A DNA stretch of 64,000 nt from Clostridia bacterium. Its GTDB lineage: Bacteria > Bacillota > Clostridia > TANB77 > UBA1234. The stretch lies in the NCBI GenBank assembly GCA_017522765.1, contig JAFWYG010000001.1, positions 27,291 to 91,290 on the forward strand, written 5' to 3'. Positions 20,101-29,198 of this stretch are shown in pieces (position 1 is the first letter of the stretch; each line of letters starts with the position of its first letter). Below the pieces are notes generated by a model. The model saw only the letters and a program-made list of their open reading frames with translations. It was not told where the DNA came from and made no database searches. The position numbers and the translations under genes were made by a program.

Positions 20101-23100
20101 TTGGTGCTAATGTTGGTGGAACCATATCTACTGATGCATAGTAAGTATCAATCTTATTAATTGGTAATTCTGCACTTTCAAAACCTTGACCAATAGAGTT
20201 GTACCATTTACCATTTGCACCACCAATGTATGATGCAGATGTTACTGGTAAGTTTCTATGAATTGTACACTCTGCGCCAACGTCAACTTTAGAAAGTCTT
20301 ATACAACCATCAAACATTTGTGTTGTTGATTTAACTTTTGCTGTATTCCAATTTAAGAAATCTAATTCATTTATTAATGAACAATTTCTAAACATCTTAT
20401 CCATGTTTTGTACTTCAGATACGTCAAAGCTTCCAACATCAACATATGCTAATGATGTACAACCTTCAAACATACCTGTCATATATTTTGTGATACTTGT
20501 ATCAATATTAGATATATTTTTAATACCACTAACATTTCTCAAATCTGCAAACCAATATGCTGTAGATATTGGTGTTACTATATCTTCGATTGACACACTA
20601 TCAATTGAATCTTTGTATTGATCCCAAGGTCTTACTGCAGCTGATGCAAACTTACCGGCTACTGCCCAATATGAATCTTCAGATGCTAATGTTTTTCCGG
20701 CACTTGGAATTCCTGTTGTGTTAATTTCTAATGAACCATCTGAACAATATAGTGCAAACACTTTTTCTTTAGTGAAATAACCAGCACGTGTTACACCTTG
20801 GTCAATTCTTGCATACGCTTTATCGACCGCTAGCTCTACGTATTCTGTTCCTCTACCACCAATAATATTTTTTACATTCAAGAACATATCTGCACTTTCT
20901 GTAATCGCAGTTGTTGTGAAATTATCTGTTGCATAAATTGTTGCCAAGATTGCACAATCTTTAAACATTCTTGCTGTATTTGTTACATTAGCAGTATTAA
21001 ACGAGCTTAAATCTAAGTATGAGATTTTAGCATCACCCTCATACATTGATTCCATATTTGTTACGTTTAATGTATCAAAGTTTCTTGCATCAATTGCTGT
21101 TACAGCTTTACAGTTTTTAAACATGTTAGACATATCTGTTACATTTGATGTATTAAAGCTTGATACATTCATTTTCGTTGCTCTTTCACATCCATTAAAC
21201 ATCCCTGCCATGTTTGTTACATTTGATGTATCAAAGTTTCTTAAGTCTAATGTTAATACATTTGAACAGTTTTCAAACATATAACTCATGTCTGTAACCG
21301 TTGATGTCACGAATGTTTCTGTTGGAATACTTGTAAGACCTTTACATCCAGCAAACATTCCTTGCATTGTTCTTATTCTTGTTGTATCTATCAAATCAAG
21401 ATTTAAAATTGCAGATACTCTAGACATTCCGTTAAACCACCACGCTGTTGCGCTAGGAATAATGTTTTCTTCTATTACAACTTTACTTATGCTAGAACTT
21501 TTTCTTGCCCAAGGCACTTCATCTCCACTTTCATATGGGAATGGTATTACCCAAATATTTTCGTTTTGATTATCTACCGTTTTTCCTGTAGCAGGTTTTC
21601 CTGATCTATTAAATCCTAAAGTTCCATCTGTATATAACAATGCATATACTCTCATGTTTGTTCCTGTGAAGTAACCCGGTGTGCTTACTCCATAACCTTC
21701 GCCATAATCAACTTTTGCCATATCTTTATCTGCATTTGCATGTGAATATGCTGTTCCATTTCCACCGACTAATGAATTACATCCTCTAAATACATTTACT
21801 CCAAGAGAAACATTCTCCATAGTGAATCCTTCTTCAGAAATAATTGTTTTTAGATTTGTACAATTATAGAACATGTTAGAAATTATATTTAATGAAGAAA
21901 TATCAAATGAGCTGATATCTAAGTATTGTAACGATGTACAATCTTTAAACATATTTTGCATTCCCAAAGTTACTTTTGTATTAAATCCTCTTAAATCAAT
22001 TTCTTTCAAACTTGTACAACCTTCAAACATGTAACTCATTACCGTTGTTTGTTTTGTATTTAAGTTTTTAATGTTTACTATCTTTTCTAGATTTTCAAAT
22101 CCAAAGAACCATGCTGCTGTCCATGCTGGTTTTATCTCTTCTTCAAATTCTACTGAAACAATTTCTTTCTTGATATCTAATCCGTACCAAGGAATTTCTT
22201 GTATTCCGAAGAATTCATTCTCAAGAAGCCATACATAACTTTCATCCGCTAATGTTTGTCCCAATTTTGGTTTCCCCGTCGTGTTGAAGCCCATCGTTCC
22301 ATCATCGTAAATTAATGCGTATAGTTTTTGTTGCCATACAGCATATAGTGTTGCTGACATGTTCACACTATACGTATCACCCGCACTGTATTCAACAATT
22401 GGAGATTCTTCAGATGTACTCCATCCCATAAACACATAACCTTCTCTTGTTGGTTTTTCAGAGCGTAATACGATATCAATATCATGTTCTTTGTATTGTA
22501 CTTCAAAAGTACCTTCGCCACCATTTACGTTGTAATCTACTGTATATATTGTTCTCTCCCAAAATGCATATAATGTAGTATCTTTAGAAATTGTAATTGA
22601 TTCACCAATTAAATATCCTGGTAATTCTACATCTTTTTGCTCTGTCCATTTGTTTAAGAATGTATATCCAGTACGTTTTGGAACAGGTGTACTTACTATT
22701 ATTGTAGGATTCACTGTATCATTGATGTTATATGAATTTACTTTTTGTATTCCTTCTGATGTAGTAGGATCCATTGTTCCACCATTTGGATCGTATGTAA
22801 GTGTTAAAGTTCTATAGTATAAACCATAGAATGTTCTATTTTGATTTGTTACTATCTTTGATTTAGCAATCAAATCATCTTCAACTTCTTGAAGTGTTTC
22901 TTCTGTATATCCTGCAGCCACCCAATTTCCACCAACACCTGTATATAAATCTTGTGCTGGAGTTATGATTTCTGTATCAATCATTTCTCCTAGGTAGTTC
23001 ATATATACTGTACCAATTCTATTTTTTGTTGTTTGTACATCACCACTATATGCAATGAATGTAACTGTAATATCAGTGATGTATGATGCATAGAAGTGTG

Positions 23101-26100
23101 TATCTTTAGATATATTTCCAGAGCCGAAGTTATTGATAAAGCTTGCTCCTGCATTTGGTGCTGGATCTGTACTCCAACCTCTTGGTATCCATTCTGAACC
23201 ATTTAATTGAACGGTTTCTATTTCACCAAAATCAATTTCTGAGTCAGCACGAATACCTAATGTGTTCGCTTCTGAACTTCCAGTTGCTGTCCTTTCAGCA
23301 TCTAGATATACATGAAGAGTTGCTGTTATTACTCTTTCATATCTTGCATATATAGTATCATCATCAAGTAATTTAATTGTTGAACCAATTGCATTTGTAA
23401 TTGGCGTGTGTAGTTCATTACTATCTGACCATCCTTTATAATTCCAAATTTCGCCTTCGATTGATACTTGATTATATACCGGATTAACAACTGCAATTTC
23501 TGCTTCTTTTGTTTCACCACTATAACTCATGTATGCTGTGCCTTCTACGAAAGTTGATTTTGTAACACTTGGTTCTTGATATTCTTGATGCTCTAACGCA
23601 ACTATTTTTGAGTAAGCTGCATAGAATGTTCTATTTCCTTCTATTAATATTCCTGTATTCGCAGTATATTTTGGAGTTACATAGTTTTTAGCATCATCAT
23701 CCCAACCTAAGCCTTGCCATACTCTTTCTTCAGAAACAGCATTCACAATAGTTCCAAGTTTAATTTCTGCGCCACCAATTTCCGCATTTGAATTTAATGT
23801 TATTCTATGTTTTTCTGTTTTAACATCTTCAAATAATACTTTTGTTATAGTTGCATCCGTTTCATAAATTGCGTAGAACTCTAAATCTTTTGTTGGTAAG
23901 ATTACGTCTCCACCAAATTTCGAAATAATACCATCTGTATGTTCTAACTCATATCCATCTTCAGAAGACAAGTATCCTTTTGGTGTCCATAATAAGTCAT
24001 CCTTTGTAACACTTATTAATTCTGGCAATGTTACATTTTCAATTGAAATTATCTTTTCTTCAATTGTCATTATTCTTGTTCCATATAAAGCTGTATATTC
24101 TGGTGTTGCGTTTGCGCCTAATGTGTATACATTAATGTCTAATGTGTCTCCATAAATTGCATAAATATCTTCATCTTTATATGTAGATATTTCTTCTGTT
24201 TTTGAATAATGTTTTACATCATCTGCTAAGTAATTTAATAAACTACTCCATTCTCTTGCTTCCCATTCAACTCCACCAACTGTTACATTTTCAAAGTCTC
24301 CTGTTATATAAGATATAGGAAGAATATTTCTACCTGTGTCTAATAAAGCTTTTCCTTCTATCGTTGATGTTTCTTTATTATACATGTGTCTTGTGATTGT
24401 TACATCTCTTCCATACAACATGTAATATGTTTCGTCTTTTATTGTTTCTATTGTTCCATTTAAATCAACTACCTTTGGTGCTGTAAGACCAGATGTTGCA
24501 GTCCAGAAGTTTGCTTCCCATGTCTCTCCGTTGAAATAAATTGAATCTACTGTTCCTATATTTATTACAACCTTATCAATGTCACCTTTGTATGTACTAT
24601 ATGCAATATGGCTTGTTGTATCTGTTGCATAGAAGTTAACTTTATTAATATTTACAATTCTGTAGTATGAAGCATATAGAGTAACGTCTTCATCAAACAT
24701 TACCTCATCATTTTCTTCAAAATCTATTTCAGCTTGTGCTGCAGAATCAAAGCTATAACCTCTTGGTAACCATTCAAGTCCGCTTAATGAAATATCACTT
24801 AATTCAGGTAATTTCATTATTGCTTTATATACGTCACCTGTAGCATTTAATAATCCACCCGCATCAACTACTACTGTTTGATCATTAAATATCTTTGTTG
24901 TTACTTTTACATCTCTACCATAAATTGCGTAGTAATTTGTGTTGATATATATTTCAGCATCACCATTATTAGGAACTTCGATTAAACCTGTAGCAACCTT
25001 TTGCAAGCTCCAGCCTCTTGGCTCCCATGTTGCATTTTTATATGTTGTATTTTCTGGTGTGCCTAAATTAATTTTTGCATTTACTACCGCTCCATTCCAA
25101 GCTAGGTAAGCTGTACCTTTAACTTCTTCTGGAGTTGCCTTTCCATGTGTATGCTTGAATGCGCTAACTTCAGAATCATATGATGCATGGAATGTTACAT
25201 CTTGTTTTGTTTCATACTTACCTTTGTTTGGTAAGTCTATTTCTGCATTAGCAGCTGCATCAAGACTCCAACCTCTAAAGTTCCATGAATTATCATCAGC
25301 TTGTTTTTTAACATTCATTGCAATTTCTGGAGCTGTTGATGTAGCAGATGTTGTAATTGTTACGTCATATGTATTTGTGTAGATTGGTAATAAATCTACG
25401 TAACTTGATGATTTGAAGTATTTATATGTAATCGCTAAATTCTTTTCATATAGCATATAAATATCTGTATGATCATCAACCTCAATTGTCGCACCTACTA
25501 GCGCATATTCTACTTTTGCATCATGAGCTGTACTTAAAGTCCATCCTCTTGATGTCCAATCTGTAAATACTGCTGTTATTTCTGGAATTTCAACTTTAAC
25601 GCTTTCGTCTTGATTATATAAATATGCTTTTACTTCATGTTTCTTTTGAGTTGTTCCTTCATAGTAATAGAAGTTTAGAGAAATCTCTCTAGAGAAGATT
25701 GCATACAATACAATATCTTCTTTTGTACCCATTTTAATATCCGTCTCTGCGATTCTTGCATGTGGATCTCTACTCCATCCCAAGAATGTAGATTTCTCTC
25801 TTACTGATGTAGGAGTTAAATCAACCGGCATATTACATCCAACATATAAAACATTATTTGTTGAAGATAGTCCTTCACCTTTTAGTGTTGTACCACCATT
25901 TGTTTTATAATCGTATGTTACTGTAAATATTACTTTTACATCTTTAACCGCTCTTGTTCTTCTACCACCAACATCTTCTACCCAAATTGTATATGTATCG
26001 TTTTCTGTAACTACATGTGTTACTTCTGCCTGCGTTGTTTTTTCTAATGCAACCCAGTCTGCATCTTCTGGTTGTGCATCTTTGCCTTTTGTCCAAGCAT

Positions 26101-28009
26101 ATGCTTTAAGTCCTAACGCTTCATCTTTAAGTATTGCTGTTAAAGTTGCTTGAGCTTGACCAAAAGTAACATCATAGCTAACAACTTCTGGATCTGTTAA
26201 GTCAATATTTTTTACTTCAACTAATACTGAAGAAACTAAACCAACAGCATCTTTTGCCCATACATAATATTTTCCGTTTTGTTCTGCTCTAAATACTAAG
26301 TTTGTTAATTCTGTCGTTCTATCTAATTCATGAGACCAATAAACTGGTTCAATATTTTCATTTGTAACTTCCCATGCAACAAGTCCTGATTCAAAGTCTT
26401 GCGCCGTTACCGTTATGTCATAACCTTGATCATAAACAATATCTGTTTCTTCTGGTAGCAAACTAATAAGTTCGGGTCTATTTCTATCTACCATTGTAAT
26501 TTCATACTCTTTAATTTCACCCATTCTTGTTTGAGCTGAATTAAATTGTGCTGAAACAACAGCTTCCACAAAACTATTTTTTATGATATTAAGTGTCTCT
26601 TTATTTGAAGTTACTTCTTGCCATTCACCATCATCAATTCTGTAATAATTTTTATATGGATATATTCCATAAGTGTCTGGATATTCAATAGTTAAAACTT
26701 TACTTGTGCTCCAAACATCAGCTGGAGTTTCTGTTATCTTTATATCACTTGGAATTGTTGGAAATGCATCTGTAGTTATTACTCTTGATTCTGAAACGTT
26801 TCCTGCTGCATCTGTTGCACGAGTTTTGATGTCCATTTTTTGCCCTGGTGCCGCATCATCTACTGTGTTTGTTTCTTGCCATATATATTCATCAGCTGTT
26901 CCTGCATCTCTATAACCAAATTCAACTTTTAGAGGAGTAGCATCTGTTTGTTTAGGATGTATTGTTAATGAGTAACCTGAAATCACATATGATGGTTCGT
27001 CTTTACTAGGAGCTATTGTATCGACGATTACTTCTGTTTTCATCCAGGTATCTGCCATTTGATCTACTTCATTTTTACACCAAACCCAAACAGTGTTTTT
27101 GCCTTCTTTCAAAGTTATCGTTGTAGAAGGTTCATATTCTTTCCAACCTGTTGTAGCAGCTCCAACAACTTTCATCGTTGTGCTTATATACATATGTGAT
27201 GCAGCTGTTGCATCAACATGTAATGTTGCTACTTTAGTGTTGATGTATGGATCTCCTGATTCTATACGAATCTCATTTATAACTGGTTTCTCTGGAATAA
27301 CTACAACCATATCTGTAACTGTAACAGTAATTCTAGTTGAGTTACCACCTTCTTCTGTAGCAATTACAATGTATGTGCCGTTATCTGAAACATCGCACTT
27401 AAATGTTTTTCCGTCTGTTGTCTTTGCTTTTTCAGTACCAACCATAACACTTGTGATTGCACCACCATAGTAAGGAGTTACTTTAAGTTCGATGTGTCCT
27501 TCCTCTGTGCTAACAACTTCGATAGTAGGACCATCTTTACGTGCAATATCTGAAGTGTCTGTATAAACATTTTCACCAGAAGTTGCATATAAACCTTTGG
27601 CATAATATACAGTTCCCATTGCATCATAAACATAGACGTCATCCACATTAAACTTTACAACGTCGTCTTCCATAAAGTCTAAATAACCTTGACCTACAGT
27701 TGACTTTTCATATTCAATTACGTGTAAATCGACTACATACCCTGTAATACTGTCTTCATCGAAACTTTCAAAAGTTGGTGGTGCATCTTGCACCCTAACT
27801 TTGATGAAGCCTTGATTTAAGGTTTCTTCGTCGAGTCCTTTCTTAGAGTTCGAAAGACGTTTCGTATTAACACCTTTCTTAATCTCCGTGATTTCTTGTA
27901 AATATTTTGTCTCTGTGGCTTGGTCGATTGATTGCCATGAACCTTGGATAAATACCGAGGCTAGTATCAAGGTAACAACTACCATGATGACTACCGTTAT
28001 CATCGACAC
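17126..28009 (-). CDS. Giant surface protein paralog 2, about 3627 aa. It has a TM anchor, a conserved N-domain, about 12 Listeria-Bacteroides (Flg_new-type) repeats, four DUF285/BspA-type LRR blocks and a C-terminal beta-rich region of about 900 aa. The in-frame start is GTG at 28009. The RBS-proximal ATG at 28026 is +1 out of frame.
   Basis: Single uninterrupted ORF. Repeats carry W.PRGWS, GYTFLGWS and ...LDLSNFDTSNVTNMSYMF... motifs. No LPxTG. AAGGAGG sits 10 nt before the ATG at 28026, which encodes MKRNRRSVDDNG in the wrong frame. Confidence 0.8.
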   Translation of the reverse strand: MSMITVVIMVVVTLILASVFIQGSWQSIDQATETKYLQEITEIKKGVNTKRLSNSKKGLDEETLNQGFIKVRVQDAPPTFESFDEDSITGYVVDLHVIEYEKSTVGQGYLDFMEDDVVKFNVDDVYVYDAMGTVYYAKGLYATSGENVYTDTSDIARKDGPTIEVVSTEEGHIELKVTPYYGGAITSVMVGTEKAKTTDGKTFKCDVSDNGTYIVIATEEGGNSTRITVTVTDMVVVIPEKPVINEIRIESGDPYINTKVATLHVDATAASHMYISTTMKVVGAATTGWKEYEPSTTITLKEGKNTVWVWCKNEVDQMADTWMKTEVIVDTIAPSKDEPSYVISGYSLTIHPKQTDATPLKVEFGYRDAGTADEYIWQETNTVDDAAPGQKMDIKTRATDAAGNVSESRVITTDAFPTIPSDIKITETPADVWSTSKVLTIEYPDTYGIYPYKNYYRIDDGEWQEVTSNKETLNIIKNSFVEAVVSAQFNSAQTRMGEIKEYEITMVDRNRPELISLLPEETDIVYDQGYDITVTAQDFESGLVAWEVTNENIEPVYWSHELDRTTELTNLVFRAEQNGKYYVWAKDAVGLVSSVLVEVKNIDLTDPEVVSYDVTFGQAQATLTAILKDEALGLKAYAWTKGKDAQPEDADWVALEKTTQAEVTHVVTENDTYTIWVEDVGGRRTRAVKDVKVIFTVTYDYKTNGGTTLKGEGLSSTNNVLYVGCNMPVDLTPTSVREKSTFLGWSRDPHARIAETDIKMGTKEDIVLYAIFSREISLNFYYYEGTTQKKHEVKAYLYNQDESVKVEIPEITAVFTDWTSRGWTLSTAHDAKVEYALVGATIEVDDHTDIYMLYEKNLAITYKYFKSSSYVDLLPIYTNTYDVTITTSATSTAPEIAMNVKKQADDNSWNFRGWSLDAAANAEIDLPNKGKYETKQDVTFHASYDSEVSAFKHTHGKATPEEVKGTAYLAWNGAVVNAKINLGTPENTTYKNATWEPRGWSLQKVATGLIEVPNNGDAEIYINTNYYAIYGRDVKVTTKIFNDQTVVVDAGGLLNATGDVYKAIMKLPELSDISLSGLEWLPRGYSFDSAAQAEIDFEENDEVMFDEDVTLYASYYRIVNINKVNFYATDTTSHIAYSTYKGDIDKVVINIGTVDSIYFNGETWEANFWTATSGLTAPKVVDLNGTIETIKDETYYMLYGRDVTITRHMYNKETSTIEGKALLDTGRNILPISYITGDFENVTVGGVEWEAREWSSLLNYLADDVKHYSKTEEISTYKDEDIYAIYGDTLDINVYTLGANATPEYTALYGTRIMTIEEKIISIENVTLPELISVTKDDLLWTPKGYLSSEDGYELEHTDGIISKFGGDVILPTKDLEFYAIYETDATITKVLFEDVKTEKHRITLNSNAEIGGAEIKLGTIVNAVSEERVWQGLGWDDDAKNYVTPKYTANTGILIEGNRTFYAAYSKIVALEHQEYQEPSVTKSTFVEGTAYMSYSGETKEAEIAVVNPVYNQVSIEGEIWNYKGWSDSNELHTPITNAIGSTIKLLDDDTIYARYERVITATLHVYLDAERTATGSSEANTLGIRADSEIDFGEIETVQLNGSEWIPRGWSTDPAPNAGASFINNFGSGNISKDTHFYASYITDITVTFIAYSGDVQTTKNRIGTVYMNYLGEMIDTEIITPAQDLYTGVGGNWVAAGYTEETLQEVEDDLIAKSKIVTNQNRTFYGLYYRTLTLTYDPNGGTMDPTTSEGIQKVNSYNINDTVNPTIIVSTPVPKRTGYTFLNKWTEQKDVELPGYLIGESITISKDTTLYAFWERTIYTVDYNVNGGEGTFEVQYKEHDIDIVLRSEKPTREGYVFMGWSTSEESPIVEYSAGDTYSVNMSATLYAVWQQKLYALIYDDGTMGFNTTGKPKLGQTLADESYVWLLENEFFGIQEIPWYGLDIKKEIVSVEFEEEIKPAWTAAWFFGFENLEKIVNIKNLNTKQTTVMSYMFEGCTSLKEIDLRGFNTKVTLGMQNMFKDCTSLQYLDISSFDISSLNIISNMFYNCTNLKTIISEEGFTMENVSLGVNVFRGCNSLVGGNGTAYSHANADKDMAKVDYGEGYGVSTPGYFTGTNMRVYALLYTDGTLGFNRSGKPATGKTVDNQNENIWVIPFPYESGDEVPWARKSSSISKVVIEENIIPSATAWWFNGMSRVSAILNLDLIDTTRIRTMQGMFAGCKGLTSIPTETFVTSTVTDMSYMFENCSNVLTLDLRNFDTSNVTNMAGMFNGCERATKMNVSSFNTSNVTDMSNMFKNCKAVTAIDARNFDTLNVTNMESMYEGDAKISYLDLSSFNTANVTNTARMFKDCAILATIYATDNFTTTAITESADMFLNVKNIIGGRGTEYVELAVDKAYARIDQGVTRAGYFTKEKVFALYCSDGSLEINTTGIPSAGKTLASEDSYWAVAGKFASAAVRPWDQYKDSIDSVSIEDIVTPISTAYWFADLRNVSGIKNISNIDTSITKYMTGMFEGCTSLAYVDVGSFDVSEVQNMDKMFRNCSLINELDFLNWNTAKVKSTTQMFDGCIRLSKVDVGAECTIHRNLPVTSASYIGGANGKWYNSIGQGFESAELPINKIDTYYASVDMVPPTLAPRQTWYDAAGTGFDPATITNIYITNEYTTTGLESATWAADEAGKGKIMCYVVENILYIVNKHTAYSSGAIMLHEDATGLFAEFTSVKNINGLRLFNTIRTETMDNMFGSPSGGCSGISKLTGFEKWNVSNVISVDNMFYGCGVKDIDLTGLDFTSLTDFSNMFNGSLATTIVVGEWNIQNANSMFANCPNLQLVNLTSINYSGLKYTESMFENDTNLLTIYVDKNFVSDSITESTNMFTNCTTILGGAGTMYDSTRTNKRYAKIDEETAPGYLTAFEIGAGAVTAKLYETGTVATTYVELTEAGVDAPAWNYNNGAKLLEIKASNLMAGEEKKVTISVPTGMYIEKDSWTKVGEFSGITNVSFTTLDIDSTKSGIQQGTGSYTNAQTGTVTFTIGKYAAYSKIQLLVMYDRTIWDKCANNGNLTKDPAVVVTLNDSKTIKVNNVSASAAYGGGLHLGNSIGTSNLYVGNEYKQNPVTSFYYLAGDQTTYSAFYKTVTTKLCLYSTDANGEIIYATYKGIYGGYRGDGNSTITTANGVTTIVANDVYSSGGMEMAKGYYTLEEDAGFIEGTKIFYVQEVITEDYVGKIRTNTLRQQFIIGEKEIDYNNIKMSSSSVTASSESYHKGQPYYDMIGYMSFEYQGVADISDIDVDINFDITAGNNVAPNAKVAYMQVPLVEYTGTMAQVTLVNEAGKQFGPYGYSINSSSNRNGARVMAKDVVAANGLSGTYYLKAISYNIAEIPGALTTTRFYAYQANSSVGASGTMGGWVNQTATHTIKFTYPEGANVAGASRTIYSYPTNTPMLAGRIVDYATPNGTTFEAGNEFNIDFAPAASEYPYQNTQHITKPVMYMVLPEGAQVKNAVISTTKGGSSIANSVITVSKVFDKDGIIYSVYKIEPEGDLHYGGITSSVGVDSTRWFRLTISTESTMDRTTLMLRDAVAFKNGDLHCYVSGAQAGYTKTDPYDLDGDGSTSDYYGTISSTTVSITIFPIEE

Positions 28010-28137
28010 TCCGTCTGTTTCTTTTCATAGTTTCAGCTCCTCCTTAAACTATTCGATGTTGTCTTTTGTGTATTCGTATTCGTGCTTTATTTTCAGCACT
28101 GTACAAACTATTTGTAACATTTTCTAGAGGTCATGTC

Positions 28138-28167
28138 TATACACGCACGCGCGTGTATATGTATATA
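28138..28167. promoter_or_regulatory. 30-bp perfectly alternating pyrimidine-purine tract TATACACGCACGCGCGTGTATATGTATATA upstream of giant gene 2
   Basis: Read directly; homologous to 1653-1672 and 39159-39178. Confidence 0.6.
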
Positions 28168-28202
28168 AGAAATATTAATGTAAAAAAACTTGCAAAATGC
28201 CT

Positions 28203-28339
28203 TTACGGAAGCTATAACGAGGATTTTAAAAGATAAAAAAATAAAGCAAATATTAAATTTGCTTTACCTTTTTGTTACATGCGTGTTGCATGCGTTCTAT
28301 TTTTTACATTTATCTAAAATCAAATTTGTACTTCCGTAA
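28203..28339. promoter_or_regulatory. Inverted-repeat-flanked segment TTACGGAAG (28203-28211) ... CTTCCGTAA (28331-28339) enclosing the palindrome AAAGCAAATATTAAATTTGCTTT (28243-28265)
   Basis: 9-bp inverted repeats 119 bp apart. The 31-bp block AAAATAAAGCAAATATTAAATTTGCTTTACC is identical to 39259-39289. Confidence 0.55.
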
Positions 28340-28362
28340 GAGTTGCTAGAATTTTTTGATAA

Positions 28363-28410
28363 TGGGGACGCTCCTTGTTATTAAAAATTTAAGAATAAGG
28401 AGCGTCCCCG
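28363..28410. repeat. Dispersed palindromic repeat copy (GGGGACGCTCCTTGTT-16 nt-AAGGAGCGTCCCC)
   Basis: 13-bp perfect inverted arms; family member. Confidence 0.65.
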
Positions 28411-29127
28411 TTTTAAAAATAACTCAACTCCACATATTATTCCCTCGACTAATTGAGTTTGATAGTTCTCATCTTGTAATTTAACACACTCATCCGAATT
28501 TGATAAAAAACCACATTCAACTATTACTGCAGGTATTGTTGTTTTATCAATTATCTTTATACCTTCTATCTTTAATGCTTCACGTTTATTATCTATTCCT
28601 GTGGTTTCTTTAATCCCTGATTGTATGCACTCTGCAAGTCTTTTACCTTGTTCTGAATTCTTTGAATAAAAAGTTTGCCAACCAAAATACTTAGGGTCCT
28701 CATATTTATTCATATGAATAGATATCATAAAATCAGCACCGCAAGAGTTCGCCAAATTTACGCGATTATTAATGTCTTGAGACTTTATACTTCTAATAGT
28801 TGAATCATCATTTAACCCCGAAATATTATTTTCATCTTCACGAGTCATCATAACTTGATAACCTTTTAATGCAAGTTCATCTTTAAGTTTATTTGCTATT
28901 TGCAAATTAAGATCACTCTCTTTAACACCATCAACAGATACTGCGCCACCATCAGGTTCACCATGCCCGGCATCTATTAATATACAAGTAGTATCGATTG
29001 CATTACTTGTAGTTTCCTCTATTTTGTTAGTATTTAAGCTGATAGGTGTAACAATGCTGATTAATAACATTACTATCATTAAAGCATAAAATCTTAAATC
29101 TTTTTTCGTAAAAATAAGCATACACAT
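28381..29127 (-). CDS. cwlD: N-acetylmuramoyl-L-alanine amidase (Amidase_3; CwlD-like). The likely start is ML at 29121.
   Basis: IDAGHGEPDGG ... ISIHMN ... VIVECGFLSN zinc-amidase motifs. N-terminal TM segment. Confidence 0.7.
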   Translation of the reverse strand: MCMLIFTKKDLRFYALMIVMLLISIVTPISLNTNKIEETTSNAIDTTCILIDAGHGEPDGGAVSVDGVKESDLNLQIANKLKDELALKGYQVMMTREDENNISGLNDDSTIRSIKSQDINNRVNLANSCGADFMISIHMNKYEDPKYFGWQTFYSKNSEQGKRLAECIQSGIKETTGIDNKREALKIEGIKIIDKTTIPAVIVECGFLSNSDECVKLQDENYQTQLVEGIICGVELFLKRGRSLFLNF

Positions 29128-29198
29128 CTCTCCTTAAAGAAATGTGTATGCTTTTGAGTTAAGGTTTATTCAGATAATATGAATGTTACGTTATAGAT

